Shown: piece by piece, positions 11,391 through 24,362 of the stretch
Position numbering within the stretch: position 1 is the first letter of the stretch
Layout of the letters: the number at the start of each line of letters is the position of its first letter
Source: the human T2T-CHM13v2.0 reference genome, Homo sapiens
DNA length: 64,000 bases
Assembly (NCBI RefSeq): GCF_009914755.1
Contig: NC_060935.1
Reading direction: 5' to 3' (one strand)
Program-made: the position numbers and the translations under genes
The notes under the pieces: model-generated
Told to the model about the DNA's origin: nothing
What the model saw: only the letters and a program-made list of their open reading frames with translations
The model's database searches: none

Positions 11391-14321
11391 AGGGCAGAAT
11401 GGGAAAGGAGCCCAGTATTTCCGTTCTGGTCACTGTGGCACTGAAATTCTGGAACAGAGTGGGGACCCATTGGCCACTTCGTCTCAGGTTAGACTAAGGG
11501 CAAGAGTGGCCCAGTGCCCAGTGGGTTGGGGTGATGAGGGGGAGCAGAGGACACAACTATGTTTTACATCCTGTTTTAAGTCAGATGGACGTGGGAGGTG
11601 AAGGATAGTGGGCCTAGCTGGCAATAGCTACATCCAGTCGCCTAGGCAGTTTCTCATTCTAGAATAATATAAATAGGAAAACTAAAAGATTAGAGCTTTT
11701 AGACTAATAATAAACACTGATTTTGTGTTTTCCCAAGTCACCTTCATCTCTCAGGGCTTCCTGAAATCCTAAAAATAGAAATCTAAAAATGAAATGAAAT
11801 CAAACATAAAAGTGCCATAATCTTATTTAAACCTAAAGATTTCCAGGGACTGAAATCACATATGTCCAGTACAACGTCAAGCACAGGGTGGGACACACTT
11901 AAGACTCACTGTAAACTCTTTGTGTGTGCAGTTTTATATTCACCCTGTTTTCATTTTAGAGTGATGTAGGTCTGAGATTTTGTGCTCATGATTTTACAGA
12001 ACCCACTTCCAGGACTGATTTGTATTTTTTATGGAATTAAACTAAAAATATGAATATTCAACTGATTTTAAAAAGAGACAGCTCACAAACAGCTCTTTGA
12101 TGTAAATTAGAAATTTATTCTTAAACCATGAAAATGTCACTTGAGCTCTATATATGATTGCAATGAAGTCCAAAGCTCTATCAGGCACCCAAAGTTAACT
12201 TATTAATATCTGAAACTGATAATGTGCCAAATATGCAGATTAGCCTAATTTTGCAAGCCAGGCTTGGACTATGAGTGATTCTCTTTGACAATCTCTGTAA
12301 AGATTGCAAAAGGAAGCCTAGCTTTGTGACCTACCCTGTGTCAGAAGAGGTCCAGGTGAAACCCATTTTAATTGTGGTAGTGTGCACTGTCCCCCATCCC
12401 ACTGAATTCTTCAAATTGACTCAGACAGAAATGGAATTTAGAAATGTTCAGGATCTATACATTCTTTATTCTTATTCTTTCTCCTCTTGTTTGTACTTCA
12501 GAAAATTCAAAACACTGAATTTAATTAAAAGTTTGACACAGGTTTGGTCATCGCTAGACAATGCAAATATCAATCATATGGAAATGGAATTTTCTCTGAT
12601 GAATAAATAAGGCTAATACTTAAGCATTTGATGACTTTGCAAATTACAGGGCTGGAGTTTTGCAGTGATCCATTCCCAAGTGGTACAAATTCAATATCTT
12701 CAATTAAATACTAAGATAATGTGTATTAAAACAAGCAGAAGAGCTAGAGATGGCTGATGGAATCATTTCTTTTGTCACCTATGTACTTTGAGAGAATTGT
12801 GGAAACTTCAGAAACCAGAGTGCTTTCTAAGCTGGATGGAAGGAATTGCATACTTCATCTTAGCATATAATCTGGCTATATTCCTAGAGTCTGGAGGTGG
12901 AAGCATTACTGTAATTAAAATATGGGATTTTACTTAGGTGATATTGTTTCAAAAAGCAATTACATTAGCATTTTTCCTACCACTGCTCTCAATGGGACTC
13001 TGTTCATCAGTAATTACACCAGCATTATCAACTGCTCCATGAGCCCTGGGTTCCAGTGTATCTCTCTCTGAGAAGTTATATTAAACAACACTTGTTTCTC
13101 CATACATAGCTACATATAAGCCCATACTGGGAAGCATTAAGCCCCCTGTTCTTCAGTATCTCTCTGATGTGAATTTTATATTCTGCATCTTTACTTACAC
13201 TAAGAATGTGTGGGCTTTTCAAGTTATCCAGAAAATTTACATAAACCATTCACTCTTCTTTGCCTTCTTTATTTCCCAAAGATAAGAGGAAGACTCTGAT
13301 TGCAAAATCCAAGGCAATGAATATTAGGTGAAGTATTCTTTTATGTTTTGCTGCAAAAGAAACTGGGAAGAAGATGTCAGGGGAAGCAGGAAACAGAATA
13401 GCAGAAAATAGTTTGGGGAAGGATGGTGGTGGTGGTTGGGTAGTTGTTAGAAACATGGCTTCCCTTAGGAATATAGAATTGTCCTTTAGGGAAAATAAGA
13501 CATTTGCTAGCACTGGTCCATGTCATCACAGATAGATGACTTGTCCTTTCTCTGAGTCATTGTTTTTACCAGGAGACTTGAGAGGTGAGGGTGAAAGGAG
13601 GAGGGAATAGGTGAATGCTCCTCACTGGTAGCAAAGTTTGATGGTGGATGCAAGAATCCTTCTCCTCCTCTGTGTGACCTGGGGATGCAGGAGACTGACA
13701 GTTGGACTCATGGAAAGGAGGTGACTCCTGTGATTTTTTTTTTTTTTCTAGAAAAGGGTCATGGATTAGAAAGAAAATAAGCCAGGTTAATTATTGAGGT
13801 ATAAACTCCCTGTCTGGTTCATGGTGACTTAGGATAAACAGAAAAAGGGTTCTTTTCTCTCTGAGGACTATTTGGTGTCTGTTTCTGCCCTAGGAAAGCT
13901 ACCATCAGCCACCTGCATTGTTGTTGATCCCACCTACCCACTCTGATGATGGGGAGAATGGGGTCCTCCTAAGCCCATTAATTTTTAAAGTTTGCTTTAT
14001 AGTCATGTTATGGGATAACATAAAAGTCACTCCCCAAATCAGATTTTCAAAAGAGAACATAATTAAATCACTTGCCTCTCCGCATTCTGTGCATCAAAGG
14101 AGGCAGGGTTTGGGGGAGGGCTGGCTGTGGCCAAGAATAACAAATGACATTAGAAAATTGGTACCACATACTAATGACCAAGAGGCAATATGCAAGTGGA
14201 GAGCAAAGCTGTGGGGTGTTCAAGGATTTTTATCTGTGCACTGTCCTATGAAAATATCCGGGAGTTCAAAAATGAGAAAAAGATGTTTTCTCTAGTCTGC
14301 TAATTTCAAAATAAGAACTTA

Positions 14322-14390
14322 GGAAAAGAAAAGAAGGAAGGAAGGAAGGAAGGAAGAAAGGAGAGGGAGAAAGAAAGAAAGGGAAAGATA
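14322..14390. repeat. GA-rich (GGAA)n/(GAAA)n low-complexity tract
   Basis: GAAGGAAGGAAGGAAGG...GAAAGAAAGAAA. Confidence 0.85.
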
Positions 14391-14754
14391 AACAAAAGTA
14401 AATAAACAAAAGCTGTTCTTTCCTTAGCTGGTCTATATCATAGTCTCTAACCTTACATCTTTAGACAAAACCCCAAAGAGAAGTTAGAAACCACAGCTCC
14501 TCTGATTATAATCATTTCTCCATCTAAAATAAGTAGTATTTCTCTATTTCCTACCACACTCAACAATAATTGTACCATGCTGCTAGTGAGGCTTACTCCT
14601 GCAGCCCCAGCATCACACAGCAGGACCCATAATTCTGACATGATGAGTAAGACCAGCTCACAGGAAGACTTTCTGGGGGAGATTTTTTATATGCAAAAAA
14701 ATCTTTCATAGTCGGGGCATGGGGCTTCAGGCCCAGGCAGCTATTTATTTAACA

Positions 14755-15193
14755 ATCTTCATTCAATCAACATTTATTTTGAGCCAGCATGACAAATTTA
14801 GGAGAAAACAATATTTTTGTGTGGTTGACCTTCATGGAGGAGGAAGGTAGAGAAGAGATGAGATTGTCAAAGGAGATGAGGCAGGCTCTTATATGCTATG
14901 GTAAGGAGTTTGGATATAATCTATAATCTTTCTTTCCACCTACCCATCCACGCTTACTTCCATAAATTGCTTTCTGATACCCCATTACTGTGCCACCAAG
15001 ATAACATGGCTCACAGGTGGAGCTACTAAAGGATTAAACCATGGAGTTGACAGGATCCTGTAGTGATTTACAAAATAATATTCTGGAAACAGTGTGGTGA
15101 TAAATAAGAGGAGGTAAGGATAGAATCAGCAAAACTAGAAAATCAGTGGTGACAACGGCCGGATGGTCAAGAAGGGCCTGAAGGCAGTTGATA

Positions 15194-15244
<51 letters not shown>

Positions 15245-15340
15245 CGTGTGCACGCATGTGTGTGTGAGAGAGAGAGTTGGACACTTAGATTGAAGGGAAG
15301 AAAAAAGTCAATAACAATTCTGAAGTTTCTAATCTAAGAG
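14755..15340 (-). mobile_element. L2 LINE fragments
   Basis: TTCATTCAATCAACATTTATT (L2 3' tail) and GTAAGGAGTTTGGAT motifs; highly diverged. Confidence 0.55.
15196..15276. repeat. (TG)n microsatellite followed by short (GA)n
   Basis: About 23 perfect TG units at 15197-15242. Confidence 0.95.
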
Positions 15341-16039
15341 TGTTCTCTCAGACTCTACCATTTTCACTAAACATCTTCCTCATTATCACCCATTCACTGG
15401 CCAATAAAAGCAAATTTAAGGGCCATTTAAGACACCTATGGACTCTCCTCACTCTTCCCCAACCTGCTCTGGAACGAACCCCCTTCTTTCCAAACAGGAG
15501 GTCCTCTTGAGTGTATGCCTTCATTCGGATGCTCTCTCCAGCCATATGGACTAGGCCTTAAGACCTGCCTGACTGAGAAGTGTTTCTCAGTCCTCCCTAA
15601 GGGCTGCAACTTAGGTGTGCTTCCCACCCCACCTTACTTTAGGTGGATTCTCTGCTCCAGCTGGATCTTCTTGGAACCCAATAACACTCCAAGAGGGAGT
15701 CTGGTGCCCTCTCCCTAAAAGGGAGTTTGGGTAGAGAAAAGAGAAAGAACACTTGAAGGAAAGGCGACCACGAGTTTCTTTTAGGTACATTGGGTTTGAC
15801 ATGCTTTCTGGGCTACCCCGCAGGAGAGAGTTGAATTGGGGACACTGGTTTGGGAATAGTTGACACCGTGGGAGTAGATGATGTCAGCTTGGGAGTGTGT
15901 GTGGCGTGAGAGGGGAAGCAGGCCCAGGAGGAAAGCTGGGAATGCTGACAGAAGAGGAAATAGTAAAGAATAGACAGAAGCAGCAGCTGGAAAGAGAAAG
16001 GAAGCCAAAGGAGAAGAAAACTGTGAGAAGAGAGTGATT

Positions 16040-16712
16040 TGTGAACTAACAATAAAATCCTAAGCCCCCACTGACTGAATGTGCCCTGTCTTGACCAAGG
16101 GGACCCCAGAAAAACCTTAAAAATGGAATTCCCAGCTATGACAGGAAGGGGGCTTGGACACACCTTATTACACTCCCTCTCTTTTGGAGTTTAGGCACAA
16201 CTGACCAGTATTAACGTTAAAATAGAGATCATAAGACTAACAACACGGAATTTATCTCAATAAAATACCAAATTATAAATAATACCTAAGGCCATGTCTG
16301 ACAAGGGTTAAGTAACACACCCCTGCAGGTCACTCTGACCCAGTGTGTTGGTTAATAGACTTCCTTATGGTAAAACCTTTCCTTCTGCTGACTCCAAATT
16401 TTTAGACAGAGCTTTACTTCTTTAACTAATTGCAGACTAAAGAATCTCTGAATCCACCTGTAACCTGTAAGTCCCTGCTTCATGATATCCCATCTTTTTG
16501 GGCCAAACCAAGGTAAACCTTTGATGTATTGATTTATGTCTTTGCCTGTAACTCTTGTCTCCCTGAAATGTATAAAACTAAACTTTAGTCAGACTGCTGC
16601 GGGCACATTTTCTCAGGATCTCTTGAGACCACTCCCCAGGACATGGGCACTCATATTGGCCCAGCATAAACCTCTTTAGAATATTTTACTGAGTCTGGTT
16701 TTTCCATTAACA
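16040..16712 (+). mobile_element. MER4-group (ERV1) solo LTR
   Basis: TGTGAACTAACAATAAAATCCTAAGCCCCC...TTTTTCCATTAACA; flanks GATT / GATC (near 4-bp TSD). Confidence 0.8.
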
Positions 16713-17224
16713 GATCATTTGTGTTAAGTATCAAAGAGGTTTTTGTGGGAAAAGACCAGATAAAGTCTTGTATTGGGTGTTGAACTCTAAAGCAGACAAG
16801 CAGTGGTCCCTGGAGGAAATTTTAATATCCCTCCTTCTAAATCCAAATACTGAATTGTCTCACCTTTCACAGCAAGCTCAAGCCAAAGATCAAATTAAAT
16901 TGAAACAGAGGGATTGTGCTGATGAGCATGGCTTAGAGAAGCTGCCAAACGATGCTTAAACAAGACCACGTGGCCCTCTCAGCTTTCAGCACACGGTTAA
17001 GGGCCAAAGAGAATTTTACTAAATAGGCAGTATGATTGCAATTAAGCCAAGATCCAGCTATCAATTAGTATACCTACAGTCAAATTTCAGGTATTAATTT
17101 ACTTTTAAATTTCCCATTTATTAGAAATAATTATAAACCCCAACTACGAAGAAGTAGTTTTCAGTAATCCATTGATTTGCATTCTTTTTGTTAGCATAAC
17201 CAATCATCATTCCGAGGCTCATTC

Positions 17225-17758
17225 TATAACTGAATACAAGCTCAGCTGCTCACAGCTTGCAAAATCAAATGAACAAAGATGAGACGCAGTGAAAGGACCG
17301 TGACTTTAATTGCAAAAGCTAGCAATTGAGGAAATGGCCAGGCTCATACCTTGAATAAACCGTTTCAAATTTTGGGCTGAGTATAGAGGATTAGAAAGGA
17401 AAACTTGGCTTGAGGGGCATGCAGGAGTGGCAAGGAGGTGCTGGTCTATGTGACTTGTTCTGATGACCATCTTGAGTTTTTGTTCCATCTGGTGAATGGG
17501 CTGGCAAAGTCTTGGTTACGGCTGGGTTGTAAATTAACTCTAGCCTTGAGGTAATTTCCAGGTAGGGGAGAAATCCACAATCAACTGGTTTGTTTCAAGA
17601 TTTAGTCCCTGGAACTTCTAAGCAATCACATAATTAGATAAAAAAGAAACAGTGTGCAAGGGAGTGACTGGTGGAAAGACAGGAGCAAAGGTTATTACAT
17701 TATTAAGAACAAAACAGGAAGGAAAAGAAAAGGATTTTAAATGGGCTACTCAGTTACA
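17225..17758 (-). mobile_element. ERV1 solo LTR (MER66-like)
   Basis: Minus strand starts TGTAACTGAGTAGCCC; perfect 4-bp TSD ATTC (17221-17224 / 17759-17762). Confidence 0.75.
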
Positions 17759-17941
17759 ATTCTATCTAGTAGCCTTTATTAGTTTGAGTGTTTATTGTTT
17801 CACTATCATATGTTCAGATATAGGTTAATTTTTTTCTGCTCAAGTCTTTGCATGTTCCTTTAAGTATTCATGTTTTCCCATTAATTTTAGAAGTTTTTAT
17901 GAACTTATGTCTTAGAATATCACCCTTGTTTCATTGTCTCT

Positions 17942-19107
17942 ATTTTTTTTTAACTTCTACTTTAAGTTCAAGGGTATATGTGCAGGTTTGTTACATAGGT
18001 AAACTTGTGTCATGGGGGTTTGTTGTGTAGATTATTTCATCACCCATTAGTTATTTTTCCTGAACCTCTCTCTCATCCCACCCTCTACATCCGATAGGTC
18101 CCAGTGTGTGTTGTTTCCCTCTAAGTTTCCTTGTGTTCTCATCATTTAGCTCCTACTTATAAGTGAGAATATGCGGTATTTGGTTTTCTGGTCCTGTGTT
18201 AGTTTGCTAAGGATAATGGCCTCTAGCTCCATCTATGTTTCTGCAAAAGACATGATCTCAGGTTTTTTTTATGGCTGCATAGTCTTCCGTGGTGTATGTA
18301 CCACATTTTCTTTATCCAGTCTACCACTGATGGGCACTTAGGTTGATTCCATGTTTTTGCTATTGTGAATAGTGCTGCAATGAACATATGGGTGTGTGTG
18401 CCTTTATAGTAGAATGACTTCTATTCCTTTGGGTATATACCCAGTAATGGAATTGCTTGGTTGAATGGTATTTCTGTCTTTAGGTCTTTGAGGAATCATC
18501 ACACTGTCTTCCACAATGGGCGGGCTAATTTACACTCCTACCAACAGTGTATAAGTGTTCCTTTTTCTCTGCAACCTCACCAGCAACTGTTATTTTTTGA
18601 CTTTTTAATAACAGCTATTCTGACTAGCGTGAGATGGTATCTCATTGTGGTTTTGATTTGCATTTCTCTAATCATCAGTGATCTTGAACTTATTTTCATG
18701 TGATTGTTGGCTGCATGTCATGTATGTTTTCTTTTGAAAAGTGTTCATGTCTGTTGCCCCCTTTTAAAATGGTTTTTCTTTTAAATTTAAGTTCTTTGTA
18801 TTAGGTTGGTGCAAAACTGTGTTTTTTGAAAAAAGTAATTACTTCTAATGGCAAAAACTGCAATCATTTCTGCACCAACCTAATAGATGCTAGATATTAG
18901 TCCTTTATTAGATGCATTGTTTGCAAACATTTTCTCTCATTCTATAGGTGGTCTGTTTACTCTGTTGATAGTTTCTTCTGCTGTGCAGAAGCTCTTTAGT
19001 TTAATCGGGTCTCATTTGTCAATTTTTGCTTTTGTTGCAATTGCTTTTGACATCTTTGTCATGAAATCTTTGCCCATGCCTATGTCCTGAATGGTATCAG
19101 CTAGGTC
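17942..19107 (-). mobile_element. 5'-truncated older L1PA (ORF2 3' end and 3'UTR)
   Basis: Poly-T, then TTTAAGTTCAAGGGTATATGTGCAGGTTTGTTACATAGG; TSD TCATTGTCTCTATTTT (17931-) / TCATTTTCTCTATTTT (19108-). Confidence 0.9.
18801..18883. mobile_element. MADE1 mariner (Hsmar1-derived) MITE nested in the L1
   Basis: TIRs TTAGGTTGGTGCA...TGCACCAACCTAA, TA on both flanks; L1 reads through when the element is removed. Confidence 0.92.
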
Positions 19108-19498
19108 TCATTTTCTCTATTTTCTTCTTCAGTTACTCCAATATATACATGTATGTGCTTTTGTGTGTTGGAGGGGGGAGTGGGTGTGTGTATGTGTGCA
19201 TATGAATATAAGTACAGCTACACATACCTTTTCCTTACATTTTCTCAATTTTTTAACTCTTCTTTCATCTTTTCCATCTTTATCTTATGCTGGACTCATA
19301 TTCTTCTTTAATTCTCTTGAATGGTATCACTGTAATTACTACTTGAGGGTTGTTATTTTTGATTTATAAAACTTCTCTTTTGTTATTTTTTTAATACTGC
19401 CTTCTCCTATTTTTTTATTTCTCCCTTTGTCTGTTAGGACATTTCAAGTATTTATATTTTAGTCTCTTTCACATAGTTTTACTATCTTCAAGTCTTGT

Positions 19499-20327
19499 TG
19501 TGATATTGCAATGTAATAAGAAATATATACTTAGTCTTCATCTCCAGTTCCTGGCACAGAGCTCCTAAAACTCTTGGAATTTCCTGAGTGATTGGGGTGA
19601 CAGAAGCATTTTTTGTTATTTATAATAAGCCCCTTTCAACCACACTGGGGTTTATGCTATCTTGGAGGATAGGAACTGAGGTACCAACGATGTGATTAGA
19701 GGGTTGGAAATTTAAGCCCCATTCCCTGACCTTCCGGGAAGGGAGAGGTGATAAAGATTGACCTAATTAGCAAGGGCGGTGATGTAATCAATCATGACTA
19801 CATAATAAAACCTCCATAAAAATTCTAAACAACAGTATTAGGAGAGCCTTTGAGTTGATGAACGTATCAAGGTGCTGGGAGGGTAGCATGCCCACAGAGG
19901 GCATGGAGGATCCACCCCCTTATACCTTGACCTACTCTTCTCTTCCACGTGGCTTTTCCTGAGTTGTATCCTGGATAATAAACTGGTAAATATGTGATTT
20001 TCTGAGTTCTGTGAGCTGTTCTAGCAAATTATTAAACCTGAGAAGGGGTTGAGGGAACCCCTGAATTACAGGCAGTCATTCAAAGTACAGGTGGAATCCT
20101 GGGAGTTGGGATTGCCATCTGAAGTGAGGGAAGCCTTATGGGACTGAGTCTTTAACCCCAAGGGACTCCCCTAACTCTGGGCAGTGTCTGAATTGAGTTC
20201 AGCTGTGGGACACCCGGTTGGCATCTAGAGAGTTGGATAATTGCTTAATGTGAGGGAAAAACCCACATATTTGGTGTCAGAAATGTTCTGTTGAGAGTGT
20301 AGAGAAATAGTGTTTTTGCTTTCCTAT
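19499..20327 (+). mobile_element. MER21-type (ERVL) LTR
   Basis: TGTGATATTGCAATGTAATAAGAAATATAT...CAGTTCCTGGCACAGAGCTCCTAAAAC; AATAAA ~19977; 3' end approximate. Confidence 0.75.
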
Positions 20328-21734
20328 GAGGTACAAATTCCTGTATCATAATAGTTCATTTATTTTTGTTTCATAACTTTTTATTTTAATCTTTGATCTT
20401 CTGTTTAGACTGATCATCTTCTCTGGAGTTGTGGCTTTGTAGGCGTGTGCTCACAAAATGTTTTGGGTTTGCCTCAAACCCAGAGTCTATAGACTATACC
20501 TGGCCTGGATCATGCTTTGATCTTGTATCATAACAGGCTTGTTAATTCAGACTTCCTATTCATGTATACTGATGCTGGGAAAGTCAGGCCTAAGCAGAAT
20601 GCCTAAATTCATAAGCTCACCTTTCCAAAGATATATTTTACAATATCTCAGGGGTAATTATTTTCTCTAGCAGGGCCCTGATTTGATAGCAAGTGTCTGA
20701 GCTCCTTTCTAGGCTGGCAAATAGCAGTCTTCTAAAATCCATTTCACATATGGACCAGCCCTATAGAATTGCTGGACACAGATATTTCAGTTCCATGGCT
20801 CTACTTGGGTAGGCATTAGAGCTGTTTAGGCCAAAACCCTTTGTTAGTGTCTCAGATTTTATGCTACTTCTCTGGCTCTGAGTTTCTTCTTCACTTCTGG
20901 TACCTGCAAATTCTCATTTTTTTGGTTGTGACCTCAGTACTATATTTAGGGAGTGGGTTATATTTTATTAAGAATTATATGTTTTCATATTACGTCAGCC
21001 TCCCAAATTGACCTCTAATGATAGAATCCTTAGATACTAAAATATTGAAAATAAAATTGATGGCTGCTTTTATTTACCTCAGAGGCCCATGCACAATGTA
21101 AATAGACTAGCTAAGCATCTGAACCCTCACAGACACTTCCCTCAATAATATGCTTCCACTTGTCATCAGGGAAAAAAAATAACCGAAAGTACCTGCATAT
21201 GAATGAAGAATCTGTGTTCCTTACATGATAGTCCATAAATTGCTTTACTTAATTTGAGTCACTTTCAAAACCATTATTTCTTTGATTCTTAGAACAATCC
21301 GATCATGGAGATTGGGTGGGTAGTTCTACTCCCATCTGAATGGAAATGAAAATGGGACAGGGGCTGGGGGGCAGTGTGCAGAGTGAGAAAACGTGGATGG
21401 TGGAAATTGGGTACTGTCAACATCTACAGGATAAGAGAAGGACATCATCAGGATATTGAAGAAAGGCATTTCAGGAGGCAGGAGCAGAACTGTCAGAGAG
21501 CGGCTGCTTAGAATACAGGGAGGAGTGGTCAATGAGGCCAATGGCTGAAAGGGCGAAAAAGGATGAAATATTAATTTTTATCCACTCTAAAGCCATTGGT
21601 GACTTTGGAAGAACAATTGTAGCAGAATATTGGGGTCTTTTCAAACAAAGTACGTTTAAGGATGAATGAAAAGTAAGAATGTGTATCTAGTGAACACAAA
21701 GACTAGTGTTAGGGATCATTTCGATAGTTTATTA

Positions 21735-21965
21735 CTGCACAGTGGCTCATGTCTATAATCCCAGCACTTTGGGAGGCTGAGGAAAGAGAATCGCTTGAGG
21801 CCAGGAGTTTGGGACCAGTCTGGGCAACATAGTGAGACTCCTCTCCACAAACACAAAAAATTACCTGGGTGTGGTGGTGCACACCTGTAGTCCCAGCTAC
21901 TCAGGAGGCATGAGGATTGCTTGAACAAGACCCTGTCTCAAATAAATGAAAGAAAAAAATAAAGA
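21735..21965 (+). mobile_element. AluJ-like element with right-arm deletion
   Basis: Left arm intact; GAGGATTGCTTGAA joins directly to CAAGACCCTGTCTC. Confidence 0.85.
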
Positions 21966-22547
21966 AGATAGAAGAGACCTTGGTGTCAGTATTTGTGGAT
22001 AAAACAAAATTGTTCTCTTTACTCCTTATTAGAGTTTTGAATTAATACTTGTGAATTGGACAAATGGAGGTCAAATTTTAGCTTTAGCACTGAGAGTGCT
22101 ATTGTGGAATGTGCCTTCAATGAGTGACAATCACAGGCTTCACATGACTGAACACCTGATAAAACGACCTTACCACCATTTGCTGGGCAAGCCCTGTGTG
22201 TGCCCCAGGGGCAGTTGCTTCCCAAATAAACAAAGCAGATCAGAATGTCCCATTATTTTGTAATTTCCAAAATTAATTTGGTTGGAGAAAATAACCATAC
22301 CATATTCAAAGCATATGCAATATCTTACACTTAAAATATAATTGAAATATTTAGTTACTTTGTATTTCAGTACATTAATATTTCTGAAAACATATTTGAT
22401 TATTAAAACCTCCACTTCTAAGCAGAGTAAACACATTCAAAATCACTTCTGCATATCCTCAGTTTGAGTGCCAACAACAAGCAGATTAAATTTGGAGAGG
22501 CTCTCTTTCTTTGCTTTAACTGAATCTTTTTTTTGTCCTGTTCACAG

Positions 22548-22690
22548 AATTGAAAGTGAAGACTGATGAATCATGCCTTCTGATCAAGACCCATGTTGGA
22601 GATTGTTGCCCTGACCTTGGGAAAGTCTGTGTCCATGTAAATTCAGATCTTAATGAAACAAAAATAAATGTAAAGCATTTTCTGGGAAAC
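22548..22690 (+). other. Candidate terminal exon of an unidentified (probably non-coding) transcript
   Basis: Branch-like TTTAAC (22515-22520), polypyrimidine tract and CAG acceptor (to 22547), AATAAA at 22663-22668; unique sequence. Motif evidence only. Confidence 0.35.
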
Positions 22691-24362
22691 AGAAAAGTTT
22701 TGCTGAATGAAATCTAGGATACCAGCCATCAAAAAGACAACTTTCAAATGCTTGATTTACAAACTTTTCTGCAAATAATTTTAAATATGTTTTTCTTGTG
22801 GTAAGTAAAGAACATTAAAAATTCCCAGATTTTTCTGGTGACACTAAGTGTATAGAAAGCATATAAAGTTTCCTGATAAATGCTGATGTGAATACGCTTT
22901 GAGACCATCTGCATCTCTCCCATGGAACCTGATGACATTAGAGCTTATGGCTTGAGAGTAAACAGAAAGGTTAATTTTCTTTTTTATAAAGCTCTTAGCT
23001 TCAGATACATGGGATAGAGATTGATGGTAGGACTTGGCACCAGAATACCAATTGAACAGTGCTCACTGCTCATTTGGGAATCAGGTCTCCCCAAGAAAAG
23101 CTGGGTTCTGACCTCACTTCTGACACCTTAAGAAAAAGCCATTTCGTTCAGTCCAAGCCCCAAATTCCCATTGCCAGCCTGAGTTAACAATTTAACATAT
23201 AGGGAAGATCCTATAATTAAAAAGTGGTAACGTTAATAATAAACATGTACTGAGTGATTATCATGTGCAAGCCACTGTTCTAGTGCTTTCCATTTATGAA
23301 CTCAATTACTTCTCACAATGACCAAAGCCATGATTTAAAAACTACACACCCACCAGAAAGACCTTAACATCCTAATACTTGTAGTATGTTGAGTGCCTAC
23401 CATGTGCTTAGTTTACACTTTAGGTAACATGCTTTATACACTATATGCCATTTAATCCTCACTGTATCAATCTAGTGTTTAGATGCAAACTAAAGCATGT
23501 TAGTTGCTAACTCTAGTTGACTTATCAGAAAAGAAGCTAAGTAAAAATAGGTCTGTCTCTTTAGATAGACCACAGAGACATTTGGAGGGCTGGAGAATCA
23601 GGCCCAAGACTGTGCTACCTAGAGCAATACCTATACCACACAAACTGGTCTAATGAGGAAAATGAACACTGCTGCCCCCATACTAGGTTTTAGTATATCA
23701 CTGGCAACTTCTATGTTAAAAAATAAACTTTAAAGCAGCCATTTGCATCATTAATGTGACCGCCATTTCTTCTCGAAGAAATTTCATCCACTGCTACTAC
23801 TGCTGCATCACTAGGTCCAGAGAGAATGGCAAGGCGTTGGAGAGCTGATGTCTTTTGGCTCTACCCTCAGATGTTTAGAGAAATAACTAGCATTTTCAGT
23901 TCTGACCTGGGGAGACCATTTTTTTTCCCTACTGATTTCTTAAATCTGGAAAGGAGTTCAGAGGAATGACAAATTTCTCCTCAGTGATTTTGTAAGAAAG
24001 GGTTTATTATCTCAATTTTAATGTATCATGGGACTAAGATCCAGAGAAGCTAGATTGGGTTCTTGCAAACAAACTGTAAGATGGAAAATATTGTGCAGGT
24101 TTATTAAAGAGTGCTCTCAGGACATACATCGCTAGGAAATGAAGAGAAAAGAATTGGGCAGAGGGACAAACTAACCTTCACTGCTATCACAAATGAGGCC
24201 TCAGACAATCCTATAGGACAACAGAATTGTCCCAAATGAAAGCTAGGGGACTAAGCCTTGTATCTCTGCAAAAAGCCAGTTTTTGATCACAAGATGCCCT
24301 TTGGATGGGGCAAAACCTTGAATGAGGCAGTTTTCTGTAGTTGAAAGAGAACGAGTTCCTGT

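Noticed and set aside
13918-14295. 125-aa ORF (similarly 873-1196 and 12275-12610) in unique sequence
   Set aside because: No recognisable motif, no supporting exon structure, and lengths expected by chance in 64 kb.
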